Shown here: piece by piece, positions 1 to 9,274 of the stretch | Numbering within the stretch: the first letter of the stretch is position 1 | Layout: each line of letters starts with the position of its first letter | Sequence record: SRR2962707_3772 | Direction: 5' to 3' (one strand) | DNA length: 23,861 nt | Notes under the pieces: model-generated | The model's input: the letters and a program-made list of their open reading frames with translations, nothing else | Told to the model about the DNA's origin: nothing | Databases searched by the model: none | Position numbers and translations under genes: made by a program

Positions 1-1719
1 TCCAGTTCTTCGCAAGCCACAGTCATGGATGGTTTTCCATTGGCGAAAAAAGGCCAGGCAGCACGCGCGCTGTCTGCGGCTTTTTTATGCTCAATGATTG
101 GCGGTGTGGTTGGTGCGATTGTACTGAGTGTCTTCATTTTGGTGGCACGACCTGTGGTACTCGCATTCTCATCTGCTGAATTGTTTATGCTGACTTTATT
201 AGGCCTGAGTGTGGTTGCGGCCTTATCCGGCGGGAATTTATTTAAAGGCTTAGCCGCTTGTGGTTTTGGCCTATTAATTGGTTCTGTTGGCTCGGCGCCT
301 GCCACTGGTGAGTTCCGTTTTACCCTAGGCATTGATTACTTGTATGACGGTATTCCATTGGTTGTCGTGGGTTTGGGTATCTTTGCGCTACCAGAAATCA
401 TCAGCTTATTGGTGCAAAACAAAGCCATTGCTTCTACGCCAAATAAATTAGGTCATGGTTTAAAACAGGGTTTCAAAGACGTGTTTGCCAACTTGCCTTT
501 GGTCGGTAAATCGTCTGTATTTGGTAGCTTGATCGGTGCGATTCCTGGTTTAGGTGGTTCGGTTGTTGACTGGATGACATACAGTTTCGCGATGAATGGC
601 AGTAAAGACACGTCCCAGTTTGGTAAAGGGGACATTCGTGGTGTTATTGCGCCTGAGTCTGCGAATAACGCTTGTGCTTCAGGTAGTATGATTCCAACCT
701 TGTTGTTTGGTATTCCAGGCTCGGGTTCGGCTGCGGTTTTTCTAGGTGGTATGTTATTGCTGGGTCTTCAGCCTGGTGTTTCCATGATCACCACGAACTT
801 AGACCTGACTTACACTATTATTTGGTCTTTGGCGTTGGCGAACATTTTAGGGGCGATCTTTTGTATTGCTTTTACGCGACCTATTTCACTATTAACCTAT
901 GTGAAATTTTCAATACTTGCGCCGATTATCTTAACCTTGATCTTGTTTGCTGCGTATCAAGCAACGCGCAGTCTAGGTGATTTCATGGTGCTGGGTGTCA
1001 TTGCAACAATTGGTGTGATGATGAAAGGGGCCAACTGGCCACGTCCTGCTTTCTTGATTGGTTTTGTGCTTTCTTCTGGCGCTGAAAACTACTTTTTCCA
1101 AAGCATTCAGTTTTACGGTAGCTCTTGGTTTCTACGCCCTGGTGTAATTGCACTGGCTGCCTTGATTGTATTGGGCTTTGTATTACCTCCAATGCTGAAG
1201 AAAAGAAGAGCGGCAAAAGCCAGCACGCAGCCTAAAACCGGTCTAGAGCCAGAAGAGCCTAGTGTTAAAACGGTGTCGGCGACGGATTGGGTATTGTTAG
1301 CGGTATTGGGTGCATCCGGCTTATACGCTTTGGTTGATGTATGGAATATGTCGACCTTGACGAAAGCTTTCCCAATTATTTCTATTGCCATTGTGTTGTT
1401 CTCTGTGGCGATGCTGATTGTGAAATTTATCCGAGAAAAACATCAGCGAGTGGCGTCTAACTTAAGAACAGACCTTGTGTACATTGTTGGCTTCTTTATG
1501 ATTGCTTACGGTTATTACACGCTGGGATTTGTCACCACGACCTTTGTCTTCTCGTTCTTGTTCTTGCGTTATTTGGCGAAGGCGACGTATTTAAAATCGT
1601 CTACCATTGCCGTTTGCTTGGTGATCTTCCTCGTGGTTTTAGGTCGCATCATGAACATAGAATACCCAGAAGGCTACTTTGACCCCTATTTCTTTGATGT
1701 GGTTAATCGTTTTTTCTAA
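1..1719 (+). CDS. Tripartite tricarboxylate transporter TctA-family permease, 5' end outside window, with ~170-aa C-terminal multi-TM extension (TctB-like)
   Basis: Frame is open from base 1 (SSSSQATVMDGFPLAKKG), so the start lies upstream. TctA-type motifs ATVMDGFPLAKKGQA, GVIAPESANNA, LLFGIPGS, RPAFLIGFVL; many hydrophobic segments. Confidence 0.88.
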   Translation, partial: SSSSQATVMDGFPLAKKGQAARALSAAFLCSMIGGVVGAIVLSVFILVARPVVLAFSSAELFMLTLLGLSVVAALSGGNLFKGLAACGFGLLIGSVGSAPATGEFRFTLGIDYLYDGIPLVVVGLGIFALPEIISLLVQNKAIASTPNKLGHGLKQGFKDVFANLPLVGKSSVFGSLIGAIPGLGGSVVDWMTYSFAMNGSKDTSQFGKGDIRGVIAPESANNACASGSMIPTLLFGIPGSGSAAVFLGGMLLLGLQPGVSMITTNLDLTYTIIWSLALANILGAIFCIAFTRPISLLTYVKFSILAPIILTLILFAAYQATRSLGDFMVLGVIATIGVMMKGANWPRPAFLIGFVLSSGAENYFFQSIQFYGSSWFLRPGVIALAALIVLGFVLPPMLKKRRAAKASTQPKTGLEPEEPSVKTVSATDWVLLAVLGASGLYALVDVWNMSTLTKAFPIISIAIVLFSVAMLIVKFIREKHQRVASNLRTDLVYIVGFFMIAYGYYTLGFVTTTFVFSFLFLRYLAKATYLKSSTIAVCLVIFLVVLGRIMNIEYPEGYFDPYFFDVVNRFF

Positions 1720-1751
1720 GTAACACAGTAAGCGTTTTAAAAAGAAACAAC

Positions 1752-1784
1752 AAAGCGGCAAGTTATCACTTGCCGCTTTTTTTT
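1752..1784 (+). terminator. Intrinsic terminator after tctA-like gene, possibly bidirectional
   Basis: 12-bp perfect stem AAAGCGGCAAGT/ACTTGCCGCTTT, loop TATC, T-run to 1784; lies between convergent genes. Confidence 0.9.
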
Positions 1785-1828
1785 GGTGATAGCCTACAGA
1801 GGGTGCCAGGCTCAATGGCTGCGAGTAT

Positions 1829-2955
1829 TTATTTTTTGAAAATAATCAGCGCACAGAAAAAATACACCCCCGCACCAAGCCCTGCCACCACGTACACAAG
1901 GCTGATGTCACCTGGGATTAACTCTACGAATGAGGTGAGGAATTGTCCTAGAAAAATAGCCATTGCCAAATAGGATAAGTTTTTACCTCTTTCTGTCGGT
2001 GCACTTTTTTCCACTGTAATATGATTAAACAAGGGAATAGAAAGACCGAACGCCATGCCAGATAAGAGGCCACCTAAAAGCAACATAGGCAAGGTGTCTG
2101 CGTGGTAAAATGCGGCATGGGATAGGCAATAGAAAGCAAAAGCTAAGCCTAACGTACCTTGGTTTTTCCAACGTAAATGAACCCGTGGTAAAAAGTGCGC
2201 CGTGACAACGGCGATCAATGAAATGAAGGCTAAAAACAAGCCTATTTTATCCGCATTATAGCCAGCATCCTGCATGCTAAGTGGTAATACGACGATGGCG
2301 GTAAAAAACAGAGTCATGGCGACACAGGCAGACAGGTAAACGAAAAGCAATGGCTCAGAGGTTACCTGTTCTTGGGCTTGGTTCGTCGATGGGTCACTGT
2401 GTGCTGCTTTCATGTTGGGTACGGATAACACCAACATGATTAAAAAGGCGATGGCAATAAGGTATACATAAAAGGGAAGATTCCACCCCATAACTGTGAG
2501 CTGTCCACCAGCAAACAAAACCAATACCCACCAATTTCAATGGCCATACCTTGCTTGGCGATCATTTTGAGGCGCTCGTGTCCCGAGTAAAACTGGGAAA
2601 TTAACGTGGTGCCTCCGGCCATAAGAAGAGTCGCTGTTCCCCCTAAGAGCATGCGATTAATAAACACTTCCGTCGGGCCAAAAAACCATTGTCCAGAAGT
2701 CCCTAATATTCCGTATAAGAGTAAGGCTACAAGGGTGCAGGAATAGGCTCCGAAACGGTCAATTAAACGGCCGGAAAATGGGGCGAATATTACGGCTCCG
2801 AGGGCGGGTAAGGTGATTAATAAGCTGGCGTTATCCGCGACCCCTAAAGCCTCAGAGATGCCTGATAAGCCTGGGGCAACCACCGCACCGACCATAATGG
2901 TTAAGCTGGCAATGCAGAGTAGCGTCAGTCGGCCGAAAAAAGACAACGTGTTCAT
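1829..2955 (-). pseudogene. MFS transporter split by a 1-nt frameshift at ~2527-2529 (pseudogene or sequencing error)
   Basis: ORF 2955-2440 (MFS N-half, motif A-like SGRLIDRFG; GGAG SD upstream) and ORF 2524-1829 (C-half) join into ~375 aa (...GMAIEIGG-VLVLFAGGQL...) if one G is added to the GGG run. Confidence 0.85.
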
Positions 2956-3008
2956 TACAGCTCCAAGTTGAATAAGGTTTAACAGTGTTTAGAGGTAAAT
3001 AGCGCTGA

Positions 3009-4208
3009 TTAAGTGCGTTTAATGCCGTGATAGAGCAGGCCAATTCCTGTGATAAGCGCGCAGAAAATACAAATCGCCGACCAGCCCATCGCGCCGATGA
3101 TGTTGACGCCAATAGCAGACCCTATGGCGGCACCAGAGTAGTAAAACAACATATAGACAGCGTTGATTCGGCTTTGGGCGGCAGGGTCAATCGAAAAAAT
3201 GCGAACCTGATTGGCTACTTGGCCACTGAATACCCCAAGATCGATCAAAATGATGGCGATACAGAGCCCTAATAAGCTGTCCGTGAACAGGGCTGCAATG
3301 CCAAAGCCAAGAATGATGAGAGACATTGAGACCATTAATATTCGGCGAGAGCCAAATTTAGGCACCCAGCGTCCTGATAGCTTTGCTCCGATAATCCCCG
3401 ACATAGCAAGGATGCCAAATAGACCGATTTGTTGGGTACTGTAGTGAAAGGGCGCTTCGCTAACGTGCAGCGCTAAGGTGGCCCATAATGCATTAAACGC
3501 GGCGAACCATAGCGCGCCAATAAAGGCACTCTCACGCAGCACTTTATGCTGACGTACTAAGCTCCCCATACTGATGATGAGCTGGAAATAGGACATAGAA
3601 TTAGTCGGTTTATTATTGGGTAAAAACCGATACAGCAAGACGCCAAAAAGCAAAGCGATTGTGGCTGACATGATAAATACAGCACGCCAACCAAAATGCT
3701 CGCTGATCACGCCACTGAGTGTTCGCGACACTAAAATACCGACAGTTAGGCCTGTCATCACTGTGCCCATGACTTGCGCTTTGGTGTCTGGGGAGCTTAA
3801 CGAGGCTGCAAATGGAATGAGCTGTTGAGTAATGTTGGCGCTGAGTCCGATCAGCAAGCAGGCGGCAATTAGTACATAGCCGGTGTGTGCGAATGAGGCC
3901 ATTAAGGCGGTGAGAGTTAATAAAACTGACAAAAAGGCAATGACGTTTCGTCTTGGGAAGCGATCTCCTAAGGGAGAGATAAAGAGTAATGCCAAGGCGT
4001 AGCCTATTTGAGTTGCCGCAGGAATGGCGCCCAAAAGCGCGTCGCTGAGGGCTAAATCTTGGCCAATGAGCGGCAAGATGGGTTGGTTATAGTAGAGATT
4101 GGCGGCAGAGGCAGACACTGCGCTGGCAATAAGAAAAATCAACCTTTTGCTAATGCCGGTTTTGCCTGTGCCGGTTTTGATAGGACGAGAAGAAGATGTT
4201 GCTTGCAT
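3009..4208 (-). CDS. MFS transporter, ~399 aa, probable exporter
   Basis: ANLYYNQPILPLI, LGDRFPRR (motif A), GILVSRTLSG; about 12 TM. Start placed at ATG 4208 because the predicted promoter lies at 4247-4275. Confidence 0.88.
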   Translation of the reverse strand: MQATSSSRPIKTGTGKTGISKRLIFLIASAVSASAANLYYNQPILPLIGQDLALSDALLGAIPAATQIGYALALLFISPLGDRFPRRNVIAFLSVLLTLTALMASFAHTGYVLIAACLLIGLSANITQQLIPFAASLSSPDTKAQVMGTVMTGLTVGILVSRTLSGVISEHFGWRAVFIMSATIALLFGVLLYRFLPNNKPTNSMSYFQLIISMGSLVRQHKVLRESAFIGALWFAAFNALWATLALHVSEAPFHYSTQQIGLFGILAMSGIIGAKLSGRWVPKFGSRRILMVSMSLIILGFGIAALFTDSLLGLCIAIILIDLGVFSGQVANQVRIFSIDPAAQSRINAVYMLFYYSGAAIGSAIGVNIIGAMGWSAICIFCALITGIGLLYHGIKRT

Positions 4209-4246
4209 GGATGGCTCATTTCTTTGAGGGTTAGCGATAAGGCGTG

Positions 4247-4312
4247 ATTTTAGTGACACCAAAGCTATAATAGAAATGATTTAATATGATAAAACTTATA
4301 CGGATTTGGTAT
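4247..4312 (-). promoter_or_regulatory. LysR-activated promoter of the MFS pair, with ATAC-N7-GTAT box
   Basis: ATACGGATTTGGTAT at 4298-4312; minus-strand TTCTAT(4275-4270)-N17-TAAAAT(4252-4247); box centre about 65 bp upstream of the predicted start site. Confidence 0.7.
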
Positions 4313-4318
4313 TAATCT

Positions 4319-5230
4319 ATGGAATTAAAACCACTAAAAAGCTTTGTTGCTGTGGCCAGGTTGAAGAGTTTTTCCGCAGCGGCTCGTGAATTGAATACGG
4401 TACAACCGGCAATCAGCCGACATATAGCTTCGTTAGAAGAAGAGCTTGGCGCCCCTTTGTTTATTCGTAATACTCGTGATGTGCATATCACGGCGGCTGG
4501 CTTGCAATTATTTCACGATGCCAATGTGCTTTTAAAGCAGGCAGGAGAAGCAAAGCAGCGAGCTCAAAAGGCGGCAAAGGGGACGCTGGGAACATTAAGG
4601 ATAGGTTATTTGCCCTCGGCCTGTTTGGCGTTTATTCCCTATTTAGTAAAGCGCTTCCATGAGCAATACCCGCAAGTTGATCTTGCCTTGTTTGAAATGA
4701 CCGCGTCAGAACAGATGATGGCGTTTGATAGGCGGGAAATTGATGTGGGGATTTCCAGACCATTGCCTCAAGATTATCAATTCTTATATGAAAGTAAGTT
4801 ATTGTATGCCGATTATCTGACGGCTGTGGTGCCTGAACAGCACAGTTTGTCTGGGCGTAAACAGATCCAGATTGAGGAGCTTAAACAAGAGTCCCTTATT
4901 CTTTTTGATCGCGAAGAGGCGGTAGGGTTATTTGATAGCATTATTAGCTTGTGTCGGAATAATCAATTTTCCCCCCATATTTCGGCTCAACCAAAGCATA
5001 TGCAGACCTTATTGACCATGGTGGCCGCAGGGTTAGGTACCGGTATTGCACCGAATTGCATTGCCAAACTGTTCACTCAAGGGTGTCGGTTTATTCCCCT
5101 GAAAGGGAGCAATACAGAGGTGCTGACTCAAATTCATTATAGTAAATCTGAGTTAACCCCAACGGCTGAGGCGTTCGTGAAAATAGCCTTGCACTCGTCT
5201 GAGCGTATTCAACAAGAAATGAGCGCATAA
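4319..5230 (+). CDS. LysR-family regulator (BenM/CatM/HcaR/AlsR-like)
   Basis: HTH SFSAAARELNTVQPAISRHIASLEEELGAPLFIR; 303 aa; divergent from MFS gene. Confidence 0.95.
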   Translation: MELKPLKSFVAVARLKSFSAAARELNTVQPAISRHIASLEEELGAPLFIRNTRDVHITAAGLQLFHDANVLLKQAGEAKQRAQKAAKGTLGTLRIGYLPSACLAFIPYLVKRFHEQYPQVDLALFEMTASEQMMAFDRREIDVGISRPLPQDYQFLYESKLLYADYLTAVVPEQHSLSGRKQIQIEELKQESLILFDREEAVGLFDSIISLCRNNQFSPHISAQPKHMQTLLTMVAAGLGTGIAPNCIAKLFTQGCRFIPLKGSNTEVLTQIHYSKSELTPTAEAFVKIALHSSERIQQEMSA

Positions 5231-5235
5231 AAAGT

Positions 5236-5376
5236 ATGGAACCTTTTATGCGCCGAGGAATCTGGGCGGTTAGACCCCCAGGCCGCCTTACTCCAGCGCG
5301 GGTGAAGGTGTTTTTAGACTTTATGGAGCAGAAAATACGTGAGACTAATCGCATGCGTTATGGGGATTTTTTCTAG
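5236..5376 (+). pseudogene. C-terminal remnant of a second LysR regulator (CrgA/DmlR-like), 46 codons
   Basis: Translates MEPFMRRGIWAVRPPGRLTPARVKVFLDFMEQKIRETNRMRYGDFF*; IWAVxP...PARVKVFLDF resembles the terminal strand and helix of CrgA-type LysRs. Confidence 0.65.
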
Positions 5377-5441
5377 TGTGCTGTTAATATGCAGATAGCC
5401 GTTATACGAATAGACAAAGGGTATAAGCTTGCTGGACTTTT

Positions 5442-6317
5442 ATGAATAATTTGATACCACAGATTGAGTTTAAAGAATCAAACTTGTCGCTGGTAGGTTT
5501 TGAAGTGTTTGATATCAAACAGCTTTATCGCCGAGCGGAAAGTGGTGAGTTGGCGTATATCGATCAACCACACAGAGTAAATTTTCATAATTTGATCCTC
5601 TATACGGGCAATGCCGGTGAGCATTTTGTGGATTTTCACGCCTTTCCAGTGGAAAAAGACGCATTGGTATTGGTGAATAAGGGGCAGATACACGCGTTCG
5701 ATTTGTTGAATAAGCCGGCCGCGATCTTGGTGGTTTTTACCGACAGATATTTGGACGAAGTGAGTGCCGCGATAGACGCTCGAATTTTCGCACCGACACA
5801 GTTTTTGTCTTCCTACCGCCCCAGCTTTTTGATGCCAGAGAAGCAAGCGCTGTCGTTAAATAGTATTCTTGGGCTCATTGCGGCGGAATTTAAAAATACG
5901 CCGATGAACATACAGTACGTCAAGGTGCTTTTTGCAGCGGTCTTGACCAAGGTAAGTGAACTAAGGCCAGACATTTATCATCATAAAATGAATGCCTCGC
6001 AAATTAAATGCTTCGAGCGTTTTGTGGTCTGCTTACAACGTGATTACGCCCTTATTCGAGACGCGAATGAATACGCAGACCTAATTGGCACCAGCTATAA
6101 AACGCTTAATAAACTTTGTAAGGTGGCGACAAACCTAACGGCGAAGCAGCTCATTGACGCTCATGTGGTGTTAGAAGCCAAGCGACGTTTGTCGATAGAC
6201 AATACACAAGTCCAACAGGTCGCGGGTGAGTTGGGGTTTGATGAGGTAACCAACTTCGTTAAGTATTTCAAAAAACACACTTTAATGACACCAAGTCAAT
6301 TTAAAATACAGTCCTAA
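5442..6317 (+). CDS. AraC-family regulator
   Basis: N-terminal cupin-like PHRVNFH...GQIH; C-terminal LEAKRRL...ELGFDEVTNFVKYFKKHTLMTPSQF. Confidence 0.95.
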   Translation: MNNLIPQIEFKESNLSLVGFEVFDIKQLYRRAESGELAYIDQPHRVNFHNLILYTGNAGEHFVDFHAFPVEKDALVLVNKGQIHAFDLLNKPAAILVVFTDRYLDEVSAAIDARIFAPTQFLSSYRPSFLMPEKQALSLNSILGLIAAEFKNTPMNIQYVKVLFAAVLTKVSELRPDIYHHKMNASQIKCFERFVVCLQRDYALIRDANEYADLIGTSYKTLNKLCKVATNLTAKQLIDAHVVLEAKRRLSIDNTQVQQVAGELGFDEVTNFVKYFKKHTLMTPSQFKIQS

Positions 6318-6367
6318 TCGCCTCATTCATTCTGCTTGTTGATTTTCTTTAGATTATCGAATGGTTC

Positions 6368-6426
6368 GATATTTACCATTTTATCGCTGACTTTGACCTC
6401 TTCGTATTTTTGCTTTTCCTTACAAT
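6368..6426 (+). promoter_or_regulatory. Putative AraC-activated promoter
   Basis: Direct repeats GATATTTACC (6368-6377) and GACTTTGACC (6389-6398), 7/10 identical, 21 bp apart; -10 TACAAT at 6421-6426. Confidence 0.4.
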
Positions 6427-6456
6427 AGCGACATATTCAACTGTGAGGAAAAAAAC

Positions 6457-7317
6457 ATGAAAACAACACTTTTAGCCACTCTTGTCGCGAGCAGCGCGTT
6501 ATTAAGCGCTTGTACCAGTACGAGTGTTTCTGAGCCTAGCGCTATGATTTCAAATAAAGACAAAGCCGTAGCGGTATTGAATTCTATTGAAACGGGTGAC
6601 ACGAAAGCCATTAGTTACATTAATAGTTCAAATTACACGCAACATAATTTGGCCGTTGGCGATGGGTTAGCAGGCTTTGGTGAAGTCTTGCACGCTCTGC
6701 CAAAAGGCAGCGCGAAAGTGAAGGTGGTGCGTGCGTTTGAAGATGGGAATTATGTCTTTACGCAAACCGATTATAACTTCTTCGGACCGAAAGTAGGGTT
6801 TGATGTTTTCCGCTTTGATAACGGGCAGATTGTTGAGCATTGGGACAATCTTATTGCCAAAGCAGATAAGCCGAACCCGAGTGGACACACGCAACTAGAT
6901 GGTGCGCTGACAGTAACAGACCTTGATAAAACCGCTGAAAATAAAGCGTTGGTGAGCGAATTTTTTAATACAGTATTGGTGAAAGGCGACTATCAAAAAA
7001 TGCCACAATTCTTTGATGGCGACCACTATATTCAACACAACCCAGCCATCGGCGATGGCTTATCTGGTTTGGGTAAAGCGATCGATGAAATGGCCCAACA
7101 TGGGATTAAAATGACCTTCACAAAAGTGCATAAGGTATTGGGAGAAGGGAACTTTGTCTTGGTTATTAGTGAAGGGACATTCGCCGGAAAAGCCACTTCT
7201 TATTACGATCTATTCCGTGTGGATAACGGAAAAATCGCCGAGCATTGGGATGTGATGGAAACCATCCTTCCGAAAAGTGAGTGGAAGAACACCAACGGAA
7301 AATTCGGTAATTTATAA
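6457..7317 (+). CDS. Predicted lipoprotein with two tandem SnoaL/NTF2-like domains
   Basis: Lipobox LSAC (Cys19); repeated YxQHN...GDG...DxFRxDNGxIxEHWD units; GAGG SD. Confidence 0.85.
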   Translation: MKTTLLATLVASSALLSACTSTSVSEPSAMISNKDKAVAVLNSIETGDTKAISYINSSNYTQHNLAVGDGLAGFGEVLHALPKGSAKVKVVRAFEDGNYVFTQTDYNFFGPKVGFDVFRFDNGQIVEHWDNLIAKADKPNPSGHTQLDGALTVTDLDKTAENKALVSEFFNTVLVKGDYQKMPQFFDGDHYIQHNPAIGDGLSGLGKAIDEMAQHGIKMTFTKVHKVLGEGNFVLVISEGTFAGKATSYYDLFRVDNGKIAEHWDVMETILPKSEWKNTNGKFGNL

Positions 7318-7373
7318 GTTGGATGATGTTATCACCTAGCCCTTTTTAAGGGATAACATCGCTCATTTCATCC

Positions 7374-7445
7374 CATCGCTGGTCATTATTTCTCTTAGGC
7401 TAACACCTGATTAGCCTAGATGAGATAGTGATCAGCGATGTTTTT
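7374..7445 (+). terminator. Long (30-bp arm) imperfect hairpin plus T5; probable terminator
   Basis: Arms 7374-7403 and 7411-7440 with 24 Watson-Crick pairs, 4 G:U and 2 mismatches; loop CACCTGA; TTTTT at 7441-7445. Confidence 0.7.
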
Positions 7446-7452
7446 ACTTCTA

Positions 7453-9186
7453 TCAAGCTGTCTCTTGATGGCAGCCTTCTAAACATTTAATCGCCTGATG
7501 TTGCGTTAAAAAGATCTCACCGTTTAGTTCTTTTAGCAATTGGGTGTCTTTTAGTTTGTCCATCACAGGCCCTTTCACCTCAGATAAATGCAGCTGCACG
7601 CCGGCGTCGGCCAATCGAGTGTGGATTTTTTCTAGGCTTTGCAATGCACTGGCATCAATCATATTGACCGCAGTACACATCAAGATTAAATGCTTTATCT
7701 CTTTATTTTCAGACACGATTTGCTGTAGGCGCTCTTCAAGAATGCGGGCGTTGGCGAAAAATAGATTTTCATCGATGCGGACCGTCAACACGCTCTGGTG
7801 GGTTTCAACCGTGAAGCGTTGCACGTTACGAAAGTGCTCAGTTCCTGGGACTCGGCCAACAATGGCGATGTGTGGGTGACTCGTATGCCAAAGAAAAAAC
7901 AGCAGAGACAAGCAAACACCAACGATCAACCCCGTCTCCATGCCTTCAATCAATACAACAAAGAAGGTTGCTAGTAATAAAACGGCTTCTTTTTTCGAAA
8001 AATTCCATAGGTGACGTAAGTCCTGCACGTTAACCAACTTCAGCATGGAAATAGAAATAATAGAGGCCAAAATGGCTTTAGGGAGATAGAAAAATAACGG
8101 GGTTAAAAACAGCAAGGTTAGCAAAATAAACAGTGCTGCTATTATTCCTGTCATTGGGCTTTTTGCCCCAGAATCGGCGTTCAGTACTGTACGTGAAAAG
8201 CCGCCAGTAACGGGGAAAGCACCACTAAGTGCAGAGCCAATATTGGCCAGCCCAAGGCCGACTAATTCTTGGTTTGGGTCTATGTCCTGACGACGTTTGG
8301 CCGCATAAGTTTGTGCCACAGACACAGAGCCAAAAAAGCCCACAATACTGATCAAAATAGCCCCAGGGATTAATTCTCTAACCATGGGTAAATTGATCTG
8401 GTCTAGGTGAAGGGTGGGTAAGGCTTCAGGAACGGCGCCAATAATACTCACACCAACTTGATCCAAAGAGAAGCTGGCGACAGCGAGAGTGGCTAAGAAC
8501 ACAATGATCACGGGCCCCGATTTTCCGAGTAGCTGTACGGTACGTTTAGAACAGCCAACCGCGCCAAGAAAGCGTGCAAAATGGCGCTGCATCATCACTA
8601 ATGAAAAAATAGAAAGGATGCTCAGAATAAGGGTGGGAATATTGGTCGAGCCTAAGTGACGATAAAGACTGCTGACTAACGGGAATAGGGTGCTGCCTTC
8701 GGATTGAATGCCCAATAGATACTTTAGTTGGCCAATGACCACGATTAATGCGGTGGCGCTGATAAAGCCAGAAATAACCGGGTGACTAAGGAGATTGGTC
8801 AAAAAACCTAAGCGGAACAAGCTCAGTATCAGTAAAAACACACCAGACATAAACGCCAGCAGAATAGCAACGGTGGCGTAGTGTTCGGTGCCTGCTACGG
8901 CAAAGGGCAGAATAGCGGAGGCCGTCATCACAGAGCTTAAAGCAACCGGGCCAACGGCGAGCGTGCGGCTGGTGCCGAAAAGAGAATATAAAATCGAAGG
9001 AACGATACTGGCGTATAAGCCTGTGATCGCAGGCATGCCAGCCAGCATCGCATAAGCAAGACTTTGCGGAATCACCATAATAGTAAAAATTAAACTCGCG
9101 GCCGTATCGTTTTGTAGATCGTCCAATGAGTACGTTTTAAGCCATTTCCATGACGGAATAATGCGTTCGACCGTTATTTTATTCAT
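7453..9186 (-). CDS. SulP/SLC26-family anion permease with C-terminal STAS domain
   Basis: IPQSLAYAMLAG, GPVA, GGFSRT, RIDENLFFANA, VNMIDASAL. Start is 9186 or 9237 (uncertain). Confidence 0.93.
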   Translation of the reverse strand: MNKITVERIIPSWKWLKTYSLDDLQNDTAASLIFTIMVIPQSLAYAMLAGMPAITGLYASIVPSILYSLFGTSRTLAVGPVALSSVMTASAILPFAVAGTEHYATVAILLAFMSGVFLLILSLFRLGFLTNLLSHPVISGFISATALIVVIGQLKYLLGIQSEGSTLFPLVSSLYRHLGSTNIPTLILSILSIFSLVMMQRHFARFLGAVGCSKRTVQLLGKSGPVIIVFLATLAVASFSLDQVGVSIIGAVPEALPTLHLDQINLPMVRELIPGAILISIVGFFGSVSVAQTYAAKRRQDIDPNQELVGLGLANIGSALSGAFPVTGGFSRTVLNADSGAKSPMTGIIAALFILLTLLFLTPLFFYLPKAILASIISISMLKLVNVQDLRHLWNFSKKEAVLLLATFFVVLIEGMETGLIVGVCLSLLFFLWHTSHPHIAIVGRVPGTEHFRNVQRFTVETHQSVLTVRIDENLFFANARILEERLQQIVSENKEIKHLILMCTAVNMIDASALQSLEKIHTRLADAGVQLHLSEVKGPVMDKLKDTQLLKELNGEIFLTQHQAIKCLEGCHQETA

Positions 9187-9245
9187 CGCAAGCTCGTTCG
9201 TTGATGTGTGGGAAAAATATTGCCCTGATGTAGCCATGTCGTCGC

Positions 9246-9274
9246 ATCATAGAAGATTTAAGAAGGTCAGTCAA
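9246..9274 (-). promoter_or_regulatory. Sigma70 promoter of the SulP gene
   Basis: TTGACT(9274-9269)-N17-TATGAT(9251-9246). Confidence 0.65.
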
